64,000 bases of DNA. Origin: the human T2T-CHM13v2.0 reference genome, Homo sapiens. Position numbers and translations under genes: made by a program. Of this stretch, positions 14,995-32,934 are shown piece by piece (positions within the stretch are counted from its first letter, which is position 1; every line of letters starts with the position of its first letter). The stretch is taken from the NCBI RefSeq assembly GCF_009914755.1, contig NC_060947.1; one strand, given 5' to 3'. A model generated the notes under the pieces. That model saw only the letters and a list, made by a program, of their open reading frames with translations, did no database searches and was not told the origin of the DNA.

Positions 14995-16528
14995 TTTTTC
15001 ATGAAGAAATGGAATTAAAAGATACAAATAAATATAAACTTTATCAATATAAGCTCCATCAAATTCAAGACACCTTTTTAAGCAATGTTACCAGCCATTA
15101 AGTCCATCCTAAGGAACTGAGGGCCCTGGGAATTTAACCATATTAATGCAATCTTTTTTACACTACTCACTGAAGAAAACTGGGTCATCTTTACAGATTT
15201 TTTTTAAGCCTAGGAAACAAAAAGAAGTCAGAAGGAGCCACATTAAGATGCCTAATGATTTTCAATTGAAACTCTTGCAAAATTGCCTGTGTTTGATGTG
15301 CGGAATGACCAGGAGCTTGTTATGGTGGAGAAGGACTCCGTGGTGAAGCTTTCCTGGGCATTTTTCTGCTGAAGCTTTTGCTAACTTTCTCAAAACCCTC
15401 TCCTAATGGCAGATGTTATCGTTCTTTGGCTCTCCAGAAAGTCAACAAGCAAAATGCCTTAAGCATCCTGGAAAACTGGTGCCATGACCTCTGCTCTTGA
15501 CCAGTCTGCTTTTGCTCTGACTGGACCACTTCCACCTCTTCGGTGCCAGTGCTTTGATTGTGCTTTGTCTTCAGGATTGTACTGGTAAAGCCATGTTTCA
15601 TCTCCTGTTACAGTTCTTTGAATAAATGCTTCAAGATCTTGGTCCCACTTGTTTAAAATTTCTAATGAAAGCTCTGATCTTCTTTGCAGCTGATCTGGGC
15701 ACAACAGTTTTGGTGTCCATTGAGTGGCAAGTTTGCTGAAGTTTAATTTTTTCAGTCAGAATTGCATAAGCTGAGCCAATTGAGATGTTTACCCCAAAGT
15801 CATTCAGAAGCAACTTAATTTCCATGTAATTTTGTGGTTTTGAGAGACCTTCTTGGTTTTGATTTCCATTTTCATTGCACTATGGTTTGAGAGTGTGCTT
15901 AGTGTGATTTCCTTTTTAAAAAATTTATTGAGATTTGCTTTATGGCAGAGCACATGGTTGATCTTAGAGTATGTTCTATGTGTGGATGAGAAGAATGTAT
16001 ATTCTGTGGTTGTTTCATGGAGCCCTCTGTAGATGTCTATTAGATCCAGTTGGTTAATGGTGTTGGCTGTTGTTTCTGCTCTTAATCATTGGTCCTCTTC
16101 AATTAGAGCATGAAAAAGATGAATTTTTTCCTCACAATAGATGTGCATGTTCTGCTGCTGCAGGCTTCATCTTTAATATCATCTAATCCCTTCTTTAAAA
16201 AATTACCAATTTGTAAACTGCCGATTTGGAGGGAGGGAATTGTCCTCATAAACTTTTCATAAAGCATCACTAATTTTACCATTCTTCCACCATAATTTCC
16301 ATTCTTCACCATAGTTTGATATTTGTTCTTGCTTCAATTATAATAGAATTCATGTTGCTGTAATTGGGACTCTTTTCAAACTGGTGTCTTATCCTTCTTC
16401 ATACCTTAGACTAGATCCTGTTTAGACACGTTATAACAAATAAGTATGAGTTTATTTTTATGCAAAACATTTGAAATCCATGCATCATTTTTAATAATAT
16501 GTATTTTCCATGGACTTTTTGAAGACCT
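14995..16528 (-). mobile_element. Hsmar2 mariner transposon, near full length, decayed and interrupted by an L1 fragment
   Basis: ORF 15459-15704 (DQLQ..ELS.EILNKWDQD.EAF..VTGDETWLYQY.PEDKAQSK.W..GGSGPV.AKADWSRA.VMA.VF) matches Hsmar2 transposase; left TIR ggtcttcaaaaagtccatggaaaat at about 16503-16528; frameshifts and stops present. Confidence 0.92.
15788..16056 (-). mobile_element. Internal L1 ORF2 (endonuclease-region) fragment inserted in Hsmar2
   Basis: taccccaaagtcattcag...gatgagaagaatgtatattctgtgg...gtagatgtctattag is L1 EN-region sequence; no poly(A) or TSD visible. Confidence 0.85.
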
Positions 16529-17485
16529 GAAGTTTAATTTTTTCAGTCAGAATTGTGTAAGCTGAACCAATTGAGATGTTTACCCCAAAGTCATTCAGAA
16601 GCATGATATAGTAATTTTAAGAATTTCTATTCTTTAAGAAAGTCTAATTTTGGCTCTAGGGTGAATGGGTTGTAAGGCCTAGAGAAGAAAGCAATCTTCA
16701 TTCCCATTCCTTTACTCTTTTTTTCACTGTTCCATGGGGCAATGTTTTAGTATCATTTTCCTCCAGTTTCCCTGTAGGTATTCTAATATTATAAAATCAA
16801 GTCAAATATTTACAGATGACTTCAAATAACTCCTGCCAGGCAACTTGGTTTTTGGAAGTAATTTGTTAAACAGCCTACCAAACTATGATATTTTAATCAA
16901 CAAGTTTCATCAGAATCCTTATCAATTTTGCTCATACAAATTTATATCTGTACATGAAATAGCATTCTCTTCCTCCACCATTTACCATAAAATGAAAATG
17001 CATACTTATCTTAAAGAATACCTCAAAATACCAAGAAGGTATTTTAAGACTCTTTTCCCTCAAATTTGTGTTTCTGTTTTTCTCATAACTAAAACCAGCA
17101 TTTTAGATTCATATGAGCTATTTTTTCTTGCCTTTCCTTTTTAATGCTACATCTATTTACCCAAAATTGTCTGAAGTGTAAAAACAGTCAAAAATATGTA
17201 GACAGAGTAGATTTAATTAAATATCACCTTTAGCCTGTTTTTATTACATGATTCAGGTACATATCTTACATATTATGTTAAAATATTTCTTTCCTGTTCT
17301 AAACCACGATTCTGTAAATAACAACAGTCATAATAATAACTAACTTTTCTTGAGCATTGCGCAAAGAGTTTTTGCAGTCTTTCTCTTATTTATACCTAAT
17401 AAAATAATGTAGTATTATTTCTCCATGTTGATGAAAGTAGAGCTGGGATGAGGATAAGTGATAAAATCTATTTAAAAGATTTTCA

Positions 17486-17797
<312 letters not shown>

Positions 17798-17802
17798 TTA
17801 AT

Positions 17803-18606
<804 letters not shown>

Positions 18607-19339
18607 CCTTAATAGATTAGATAATGAATCATTCTCAGATTTATGCCTTGGCTTGTGAATTAATTTATAAATTTTTCCTACTCTAGGTAGCTCTATAATT
18701 CTATGAAGATTGATTACAATCTAGAATTGGGAGTGATATAAAAAGTTTGTTAATGAGGATTAGGTAGTATGGAGACAATCACATTTGTGATTTTATGTAT
18801 AACATGTGTATAGAATTCAAGTATCTGTATCTTGGCCTGTGCCATTAGTCTTATATCACTGTGTTTACAAAGTTCTTTTTATGGAAAGGTACATTCTGGC
18901 ATAATTATTATGATGTTTTGTTCACAGGCTAATGTTTAATATATATAAAATGATTGTGTATCATCCTAAAGCATAAATACTATTACAAGTTAAATTAAGA
19001 TGTGTTAAGTAAATTAATGTTCAGGAAATAAGACTTGGACTTACCAAAATTCAGATTTATACATAATTACATTCCTACTCATTAATTCATATCTTTTTTT
19101 AATTCATTTTTATTGGGCACATAAAATAGGGAGGTAATGCTCCCTATTTTGCACATAAAATAGGGAGGTCCCATACATATGCTAAGTAAATTTTAAAAAT
19201 AATGTACATACACACACATCACAGTCTTTCACCATATACATTTAAGACCAAGTTTATATTTCAAAAATATAAATCCTTTAATAAAGCAAGATTATTAAAT
19301 TTTGCTATTTTTAACCATAAAAATGTATCCACTTTACAG

Positions 19340-19800
19340 TATGATATAAGGGGCCTCATAATCTTGAGAAAATTCCTTGATACTAGCCTAAATGCTGTGG
19401 AAAACTATTATTGGGTTATAAGCAGAGTATAGAAGTGATCTAATTTAGGCTTTTAAAATGTCAGTCAGGCAAGTTTGCAGAGAATGTACTGTAGAGGGGC
19501 AAGAATGAATACAGGGAGACTTGTTAGGTAGCTATTGTGATTGTTCAGGAAAGAGCTGATGAAGAGTGAAACTATGATTATTGTAATAAAGCTCATGAGA
19601 AATGATCAGATTCAGAGCAGATTTTGAAGTAGTCCCAGCCAAACATATTGATAGATTTTATGTAGTGGGTCAGGAAAAGAGAGAAATTAAAGATAACTTC
19701 TAAATTAAATATTACTTCTGAGTAACTAGGAAGATACATATTGGTAGGGTTGCATAAGGAGATGTTAAAGAGTTTCAATTGACATACATTAACTTTAAAT
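19340..19800. mobile_element. Probable L2 remnant
   Basis: ttataagcagag...gatctaatttaggcttttaaaa...agggagacttgttaggtagctattg is typical L2 sequence. Confidence 0.55.
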
Positions 19801-20607
19801 TGATTATGAGATAATTTCATAGTATAACTGCCCATAGGATCAATTTCATTCTTTGTACTGAACTGATAAGTTTCTAATTGTTACTAATGTGATATGTACT
19901 AAAAACATATAAGTTCAATCTAAGCTGTCAAACCAATTATTTTAGAAATAAATTAACTCTTCATTAACTTTCGAAGTTTCTGAAGTATATGAGATACAAT
20001 TAAGCTATTTTCCATTAATTATTCCCAACAAGAGCTATGAATATTGTCAGTTCATCTGGGGTATGCCAGATATTCATATATACAAATGTTTCTTTCTTCC
20101 TTTTTAAAATTTTAGTAAAACTTCTTGAGTTTTTATTCAAATTTTATTTGTCATTTGTCATATATTTAAATTTATAACCAAGGTTTTGGAAATATAGGTT
20201 ACATACAATAAAATTTACCAATTTTATGTGCTCAATTCAGTAAGTTTTGACATGTATTTAGCAGGTAATGACCATCAAAATCATGATACACAATATTTCC
20301 ATCAGTTCAATATATTATGTTGTGACTATCTGAAGTCAATCTCCATTTGTAACTACTGATTTCTGGTATCTATTGATATAATTTCTGTAACTATAATTTC
20401 ATTTTTTTCTAGAATTTCATATAGAAAGAATCAAACAGTAAGCACTTACATTTCACCCATATTGTTGTATATAGTAGTTCATCACTTTTTATTTCTGAAA
20501 GGATACTGAATTGAAGTACCAAATTTTTTAATAAATTTTTTGACTGTTATGAATATAGCAGCCATAAGCATTCAAGTACAAGTCTTTGGGTAGACCTACA
20601 TTTTCAC

Positions 20608-20763
20608 TTCTCAAGAATAAGTACTTAGAAATGAGATTGCTGAGTCATATGTTAAATTATATTTAACTTTATATGACAGTTTCTTAGGACAGTTTCATAT
20701 GAAGTTAAATATAATTTAACATATGACTCAGCAATCCCATTTCTAAGTACTTATTCATGAGAA
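20608..20763. repeat. Inverted repeat with 69-bp arms and an 18-bp spacer
   Basis: 20608-20676 is the reverse complement of 20695-20763 with 3 mismatches. Confidence 0.95.
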
Positions 20764-20857
20764 TACTACTTTGGAACTGTTTTCCAAAGTTGTTTTATTA
20801 CTTTGCACTCCCATCAGAAAAAGTATGAAATGCCCAAATGCTGTGCATCTTAGCTAA

Positions 20858-21288
<431 letters not shown>

Positions 21289-21649
21289 TAATTGTACATA
21301 ATAATGAGTTGTTACTTGATAATGTTAATGAATTGCAAGGACACTTATATATTATGGATACAAGTTCCTTTTGGATAAACAATAAATATTTTTTTCCAGT
21401 CTGTGTGTTGATTTCATTTTCTTAAATGAAATCAAATTTTATAAGAGCATAAAGTTTTAAGTCTAAATCATTTTTTTCATGTTTTATGTTTAGATGTCCT
21501 GTTGAAAAAAATTTGCCTAAGCCAAGATTACAAAGATTTTATCCTAAATTTTCTTCCAGAAGATGAGTAAATCGAACTTGTAAATTTTAGACATATAATC
21601 TATTTTAAATTGTGTTTTATATATGACATAAAAAAGAAATAATGGTAGG

Positions 21650-23030
21650 ATTGGCTCAAAGATAAGAGGAACTTCTCACTGTGGGGACAAATGTGCAAGG
21701 TATCTCCAGAGGCTTGCATTCCCACTACTGATGCCTGCCATCCCAGCGCAGCAGAGCCCCTCAGCCATTACAGGCCCTGAACCTAGTACAGGGAAATGCC
21801 TAGAGTCTATGCAACTGAATTCTTCCAGGGAAGAATTCACAATGGGTCCCACTCACCCTCCAAGAACCAAGCAGCTGCAGCAAGATGCCATTTGAGAGCA
21901 CAGCCCCCGCCAGACTACTACCCTGGGATCCAAGAGTCTCTGCATCTCCATATCCCAGAGCACTGCTATCCACCCATGTCCACCCAGAAGGCTCAGCATT
22001 GCAATGCTAGGTGGACCCAGTGCTGCTGTGGGGTCCTCAACAATCTAGCCCATGCAGTGTACCACACCTTGGAGAATAGGTGGTATAGCACACAAAGAAG
22101 GCTGCCTGCAGGGCAAAGGGAGCTGAAACATGCACTCTCCAGAGCCTGGGAGCTGCCGGCCTGGAGCCACTACCACCGACCTCTTCCAGTGCCAGCCAGG
22201 GCTGCCGCATAGCTGCATTCACCTTTGGGGAGCCTGAGGAGTGGCCCACTTGTGCACGTGCCAGGGGCCAGAGGACAGGCCAGCCCTGCCCAATGCAAAA
22301 GCGGTAATGTGCTATTGGGGACATGAAGATGGGCCCACCCCACCCATGGTGCCAGTGCTTACCAAGCTGTTTGGGAGGCTGGGAATCAATTTGGCCTGCC
22401 CACTTCCTTTGCTACTAATTCCCATGTATTTCATCCAGGTGCATGAAGATTGGCAAGCCCCATCTGACTCTGATGTTGCTGGTACCATGCATACCATCCA
22501 CAGGTCCGAGGAGAGACTCACCTTGCCTGTCACCACTTGCCACCACTGCTGTCCTGGGGCCAGACAACTGACCTCTCTACCTACCACTGTCACTGCCACT
22601 GCCACTGCCAGTACCCACATACTTTGCCTGGGATCCTGAATACCAGCATTCCCATCCTGTCGCTGCCACCACTGGCGCCCAAGAACTGACCCACCTGGGG
22701 TTCTCATCCTCAGTAAAGCCTTGTCCCAGCCTCCACTAATAATCACAGGCTAAGCATTTGAGGACCCACATACGCCAGTGGAATTGATAACAACCAAAGA
22801 CATTATACAGAGACTGCATGATTAAAATCACTCAGAATCAAAACCAAAGCACTATACTCAATAAAGATTATAGATGCACCTACAGTAAAAAGTCCCTACA
22901 AAAGCCAATCCATAAAATTAAAAGAAGCGACTATTACAACAGATTATCAGCAATCGATGTAAAACACAAGAAATATGAAAAAGCAAGAAAACATGACACC
23001 TCCAGATGAACATAATAATTCTCTAGTAAT
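21650..23030 (+). mobile_element. L1 (L1MA/L1M2-type) GC-rich 5' UTR and ORF1 start
   Basis: GC-rich gccact repeats followed by aacatgacacctccagatgaacataataattctctagtaa (MTPP.EHNNSLV, L1MA-type ORF1 N-terminus). Confidence 0.7.
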
Positions 23031-23140
23031 GGCCAGGTGCGGTGGCTCACGCCTGTAATCCCAGCACTTTGGGAGGCCAAGGCAGGCGGATCATGAGGTC
23101 AAGAGATTGAGACCATCTTGGCCAACATGGGGAAACCCCA
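23031..23140 (+). mobile_element. 3'-truncated AluSc left arm
   Basis: Alu head through ggaaacccca, then abrupt unrelated sequence. Confidence 0.9.
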
Positions 23141-23296
23141 TATATTAAAGTGTGTTTCTGGGTTTGTTTCACTTCTTATAAGGTTTTGCAGGTATCTATA
23201 CAATATCTTTATTTTTGGCAAATATTTCAACATCATTTTTGAAAGTTATTTTTATTATGCCCTCACATTTGAATGCCCATGAGGCCCAATACTGCA

Positions 23297-23301
<5 letters not shown>

Positions 23302-23329
<28 letters not shown>
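23302..23329. repeat. (TA)n microsatellite
   Basis: Direct inspection. Confidence 0.95.
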
Positions 23330-23333
<4 letters not shown>

Positions 23334-24159
23334 ATGTAGATAAAGAATGTCAATAGGTAGTCTTTAAATAGAACATTGTTTTATTTTTTATACTCAGTTT
23401 TGCTGTTGATAATTCTGATGTAATTGTTCGTCCTTATTTCTCCATAGGTTATTTTCCTTTTACTCTGGGATCATTTAAAATTTGAGTTTGTCATTGGTGT
23501 CATTAAATTTCACTATAATTTGTCTAGTGTAGATTTTTTCCCATTTACCATCTTGAAGAACAGTAAATCTAAACTTTTTGTTTTTCAATCCTGGGAAAGT
23601 TTTAACATTTTTTCAAACATTATCACTTCTCTTTTTCTTTTAACTTCCTTTCTGCAACTCATAATTCTATCCTCCTTTGCTGTCAGTTTTAGCTTTATAT
23701 TTTCTGACTTATTTTATATTTTTTCTGACTTATTTTATATTTTCTGCTACCATCTAGGATATTTTATTAACCTGGCCTTTCAAATCAATAAGTAATAGTA
23801 GGATTTATCTATCCTATTATTTATTCCAACTATGTATTCTTATTTCAACAATTATAAATTTTATGCCAAATGTTTCTACTTGATTCTTTTTGATATTTTA
23901 TCATTTATAGTGTTTATTGTTTATATCACATCTTATAATAATTATTTAATTATATTTAAATTTGTAGTGCTTCTCTTCTGTTTCATATGCTCTCTGTGGT
24001 TTGGTTGCCTTTGTTTTGAAGTAATTGTACTTTAAATGTCTAATATATTTGATCGAAGAGCTCATGTTTCCTGGTATTGTCAGCTGTGCTGCTTGGTATT
24101 GGAACAGTCAAAAGTCAATGTCTTGGACAATCTCACTCATAAATTAAAGGGTGAATTTA

Positions 24160-24805
24160 TTTATTTTTACTTTAAAAAAATTTTAAATAGCTTTATGGGT
24201 ACAAGTGGTTTTTGGTTACCTGGATGAATTTTATAGTGGTGAAATATAAGATTTTAGTCTACCTGTCACTGGAATAGTGTACATTGTACCCCGTAGGTGG
24301 TTTTTATTCCTTACCCCTTTCCCACCCTCCCCATGTCTGAGTCTCCAATGTCCATTATACCACTCTGTATGCCTTTGTGTACCCATGGCTTAGCTCCCAC
24401 TTAATAAGTGAGAACATGAGGTATTTGGTTTTCCATTCCTGAGCTACTTCACTTATGATAATGGCCTCCAGTTCCATCCCAGTTGCTGCAAAAGACATTA
24501 TTTCATTCTTTTTAATGGCTGAGTAGTATTGCATGTTGTATATATACCACATTATATTTATCCACTCATTGGTTGATGGGCACTTATGTTGATTCCTTAT
24601 CTCTGCAATTGTGAATTTTGCTGTGATAAGCATATGTGCAGGTGTCTTTTTTATATAATGACTTCTTTTCCTTTGGGTAGATACCCAGTAATTGGATTGC
24701 TGGATAAAATGGTAGATCTACTTTTAGTTCTTTGAGAAATCTCCATATTATTTTCCATATAGGTTGTACTAATTTACATTCCCACCAGCAGTGTATAAGC
24801 ATTAT
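24160..24805 (-). mobile_element. 5'-truncated L1PB-type element with TSD
   Basis: ORF2 C-terminal peptides ([26 protein letters not shown]) and L1PB 3' UTR; ggtgaattta flanks both ends. Confidence 0.85.
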
Positions 24806-25383
24806 CTCAAGGTGAATTTAAAGAGATAAGCAGAATATTTGGAACTCAGAAACACTGTAGGTCACTCTCAATTGATGTTACTCAAGAAAGTAACTCTTCT
24901 AGCCAGGATTTTATTTTAAACACTTGATTAAAAGCAGCGATTGTTGAAGAGAGCCTCCCTCAGTTATAATCCACTGGTCTTCAGACTTGCAGTGTGAGGG
25001 CATAGAGAACACCCAAAATTGCCTGATCATCCTGCATCTGTTATTTTAAATTTTTCTTCCTTAGAGAAGTTTTGTTTTTTACTATTATTTTCTACACTGG
25101 TGGTCTGTCCTGTTGCTACAGATATCCTTGTTGAGGGGCTGATGACTGATGTTTCAAGGCAACAAGGAGAGAAAAATAGAGCTTACCATCTTCCCTCTAT
25201 CACTTTCTTTTATTGCTCTCTTGGGCTACTCCCTTCTCCATGCGCAGCACGCCTGATAAACAAACACCATTGGAGGGAGTCAGAGACTCTCAGTGGTTTT
25301 CCAACTTTTTGTTATTATTTTTGCTCAAATCAGTGCTACCTTTTCATCTCTATAGGGTTGCCAGTTGATTTTGAGGATTAGAT

Positions 25384-25572
25384 GTGTGGCAGGCACACAG
25401 TAAGATGAACTCCAATGAGTCATACCCTTGTATAATTCTCTCTCCTCAAGTACAGACATAATCTATGACTTGATTCTAATCAATAGACTATGAAACAGAT
25501 GATAGGATGCCACTCCACTGATAATAATGATGATGTGTGTGTCTTTGTGTATGTATGTGTGTGCGTGTATGC

Positions 25573-25610
<38 letters not shown>

Positions 25611-25996
25611 GGGAGATAGAGAGAGAGATTTGATTTTCCTGGCGTCCTTGAAGAAGCAAAGAGCCATGTTGTTAACTGCCTTCGAAGGGGCCATGTGGCA
25701 GGGAACTGTGGCTGTCCTCCAGCCAACAGCCAGTAATCAGCTGGGGACCTCAGTTATTCAGCCACAAGCAAATTACTTTTGTCAACAGTCTGAATAAGCT
25801 TGAAACCATACTCTTCCCTAGTTAAGAGTCTGATAAGAATGCAGCTTGCCAGTATCTTAATTGCAGACCGAGCAGTGGACCCTGTAAAGTCGTGTCCAGA
25901 CTCTTGGCCTGCGGAAACTGTGAGATAATAAATGTGTGTTGTTTTAAACCATTGCATTTGTGGTAATTTGTTATGCAACAGGAGAAATCTACAACA
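25384..25996 (+). mobile_element. MLT1 (MaLR) LTR with internal (TG)n(GA)n microsatellite
   Basis: gccatgtggcagggaactg...cagccaacagccag...aactgtgagataataaatgtgtgttgttttaa...gtggtaatttgttatgca. Confidence 0.85.
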
Positions 25997-26546
25997 GAAG
26001 GGAATAGCCTAAGGTAGTTCTAGAAATCCGTAGGAACCAAGTTAGGTTGGGTGGGAGAGTAAAAACTGTAAAAAATTTTATTACCTCACAATAAGGAGAA
26101 AGTATCATTTAGAAGGTAGAATTGCCATAGTTAAGTAAAAGTCATGCACTGTAAAATCTTTACAATCACAAAACGTATTTCAGATCTATTTTTGTAAAAC
26201 TCAAGTGAATAGCTATGGTCTGTTTTGGATTACTAAGGATGACTATCAATATTTCTTTTGTTTCACTTCTCTGTATAATGTCAAATAAAATGGATTAACT
26301 CCAGTGTTACAATACTAATATTCAATAAATTAATACTCATTCTTTTCAACAGGAAATTTTCCCAACTGACACATAAATTTATGATATGTGGAGAATTGTG
26401 ATTTTTATTGAAACTTACTATCTTTAAAATAAAACTAATTTAAGATTCATGCAGAGGTAATACATCAGCCTAATAGAATATAGTCATACTTTATCAGAAT
26501 CATTTACAATGTTGGCACTGTAGGTATTTTTGCCCATAATTCTCTC

Positions 26547-26685
26547 TTTTTTTAAATGTTGTTATTTTTTAGAGCAGTTTTAGGTTCACAGAAAAATTAA
26601 GAAGTTATAGAGATTTCCCATGTACCCCTTCCCCCACACTTACATAACCTCCCACATTATCAACACAACCCATCACAGTGGACAT
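26547..26685 (-). mobile_element. L1MC-type 3'-end fragment
   Basis: ttttagagcagttttaggttcacag...gagatttcccatgtaccc. Confidence 0.7.
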
Positions 26686-28494
26686 TTTCTAGTTACTTTA
26701 TTAAAAACTGTCCATAAGGGAAAGCTAAGAAGTTTAGTAGAAGCCCAATTGAGTTTCTCAGAGTATACCTTATGAATGAGTGCAAAATGAGTGGATTAAA
26801 GTATATATGATCTTCATGTAGGTCACTTCCTGATTGATGACACCGTGGAATTCACTCTTCCCGATAGTCATCAATTTTCTGAGAGACTGCACAAACACTG
26901 ATTGATTTTGCTTCTTCAGTATCCATTGATTATATCACAGAATTTATACTGATTAGAAAATATAAGTACAAATACCAGGCTCTAGGATGTGTCTATATAT
27001 GTGCCTGTATGTGTATATCAGTGACATGTGTACCTGTGTGTGGATGGCGAGGGTAGGTTGGGGCATAGGTCATGTGCATTCTTTTCTAAGCATTTCAGAT
27101 AGGTCCAGTAAAATCTCACATTTCAAAGGTATCAGATACTATATACAAACAAACAAAATGCTGCATAAACTCTAAAAACCTCTAACCAACAGTTTGGATA
27201 CTTCTACAGACCAGTAGGGAAACAAAATTTTGGTTTGCAAACCTGAGTTTAGGCTAACAGTGTAAAATAGGCTTCCTGGAAAGGACTTTCTCAGTAAAAA
27301 TAACTGAAAATTCAATACTTAATATCCATATCTTCCTTTCAGTATCATTCAGAGACAAAGCATCCCTCTCTAAATAAGCAGGTTTTCTTCTACTGGATTG
27401 TAATTATTGCTTTTCATAATCAGTTCATCATCAAAACTACATTTTACACATTATGTTGATGTCGCTTTTTCAGTATTATCAGAGAAACAAAATTCCTTTA
27501 TGAATAAACATTTTCTTTTACTGTAATTATTGCTTTTATGATCACAAACAATTATACTATACATATTCTAGACCAGGAACTTGTCAAGCCACTTGGAATA
27601 AAATGGATAAATGGGCCTGACTTAATGGAGCTTACATGCCAGTTGTGAGACAGACAATTAACAATAAACCAAATAATACAATTAATATAATTAATATATA
27701 ATACAATATAATATCAGGCAATTACAAGTCCTCAATAAGTTCCTGCTAAAATGTAAGTTTCTCAGAAGCAACCATCTTGCTCTGTTGTGTGTATGGATCT
27801 ATATCAATTACTAGAACAGAACCTAATATATGTTAGCCACTTAATAAATGTTTTATGAATGTTCTAACTAGCAATACCTGATAAAATTTATTTTACGTAA
27901 ACTGCACTTTTACCAGGCATCGAAGATCTCAATCTTGACCATATCCGGCCTTCTGTGTCGCTTCAACTCATAACATGTCATTTCAACTCAAATCATTTCC
28001 AGATTATAGAAAAGTTGAATGAGGACCAAGAAAAACCTGAAATGGAAAACTTTTAAAATATTCTTAGGAACACAGAATAGCATACATAGGGTTTTCCATT
28101 AAATCAATGGGATTTGTATCATGAATATGACCTCCTTGATGGCAAAACTCATGTCTATCATGTTTAATACAGATTATAATCTAGCAATCTCTAGGAGAGG
28201 AGTGACCTTGTCTATTTTGTTCTCAGTACCTAGTAGGTACTCAATATAGTTATAAAGATGATAAGCTAATAAATTAAATAATCCATAGCTTGTTTGGAGC
28301 CTAATAACATAGAAAGGGTTCTTGGAACATTTATTCAATAAATGAAGGAACAATAAATGTATAAATATTTAGTTAAGCCATATATAAATAGAGTATTTGT
28401 TTTCATCCATTAAGTATAGAATCCTTACATCATTAGGCTGTGAAAATTAAAAACAATTACATTTGAGAAAATATGACCTATTTAACAGTGCATT

Positions 28495-32930
<4,436 letters not shown>

Positions 32931-32934
32931 TCTT

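Noticed and set aside
21796-22746. Cluster of 95-144 aa ORFs on both strands
   Set aside because: Lies in a GC-rich L1 5' UTR; no recognisable protein
23694-23746. Tandem repeat of about 21 bp, about 2.5 copies
   Set aside because: Simple slippage duplication in AT-rich DNA; no spacers, so not CRISPR-like
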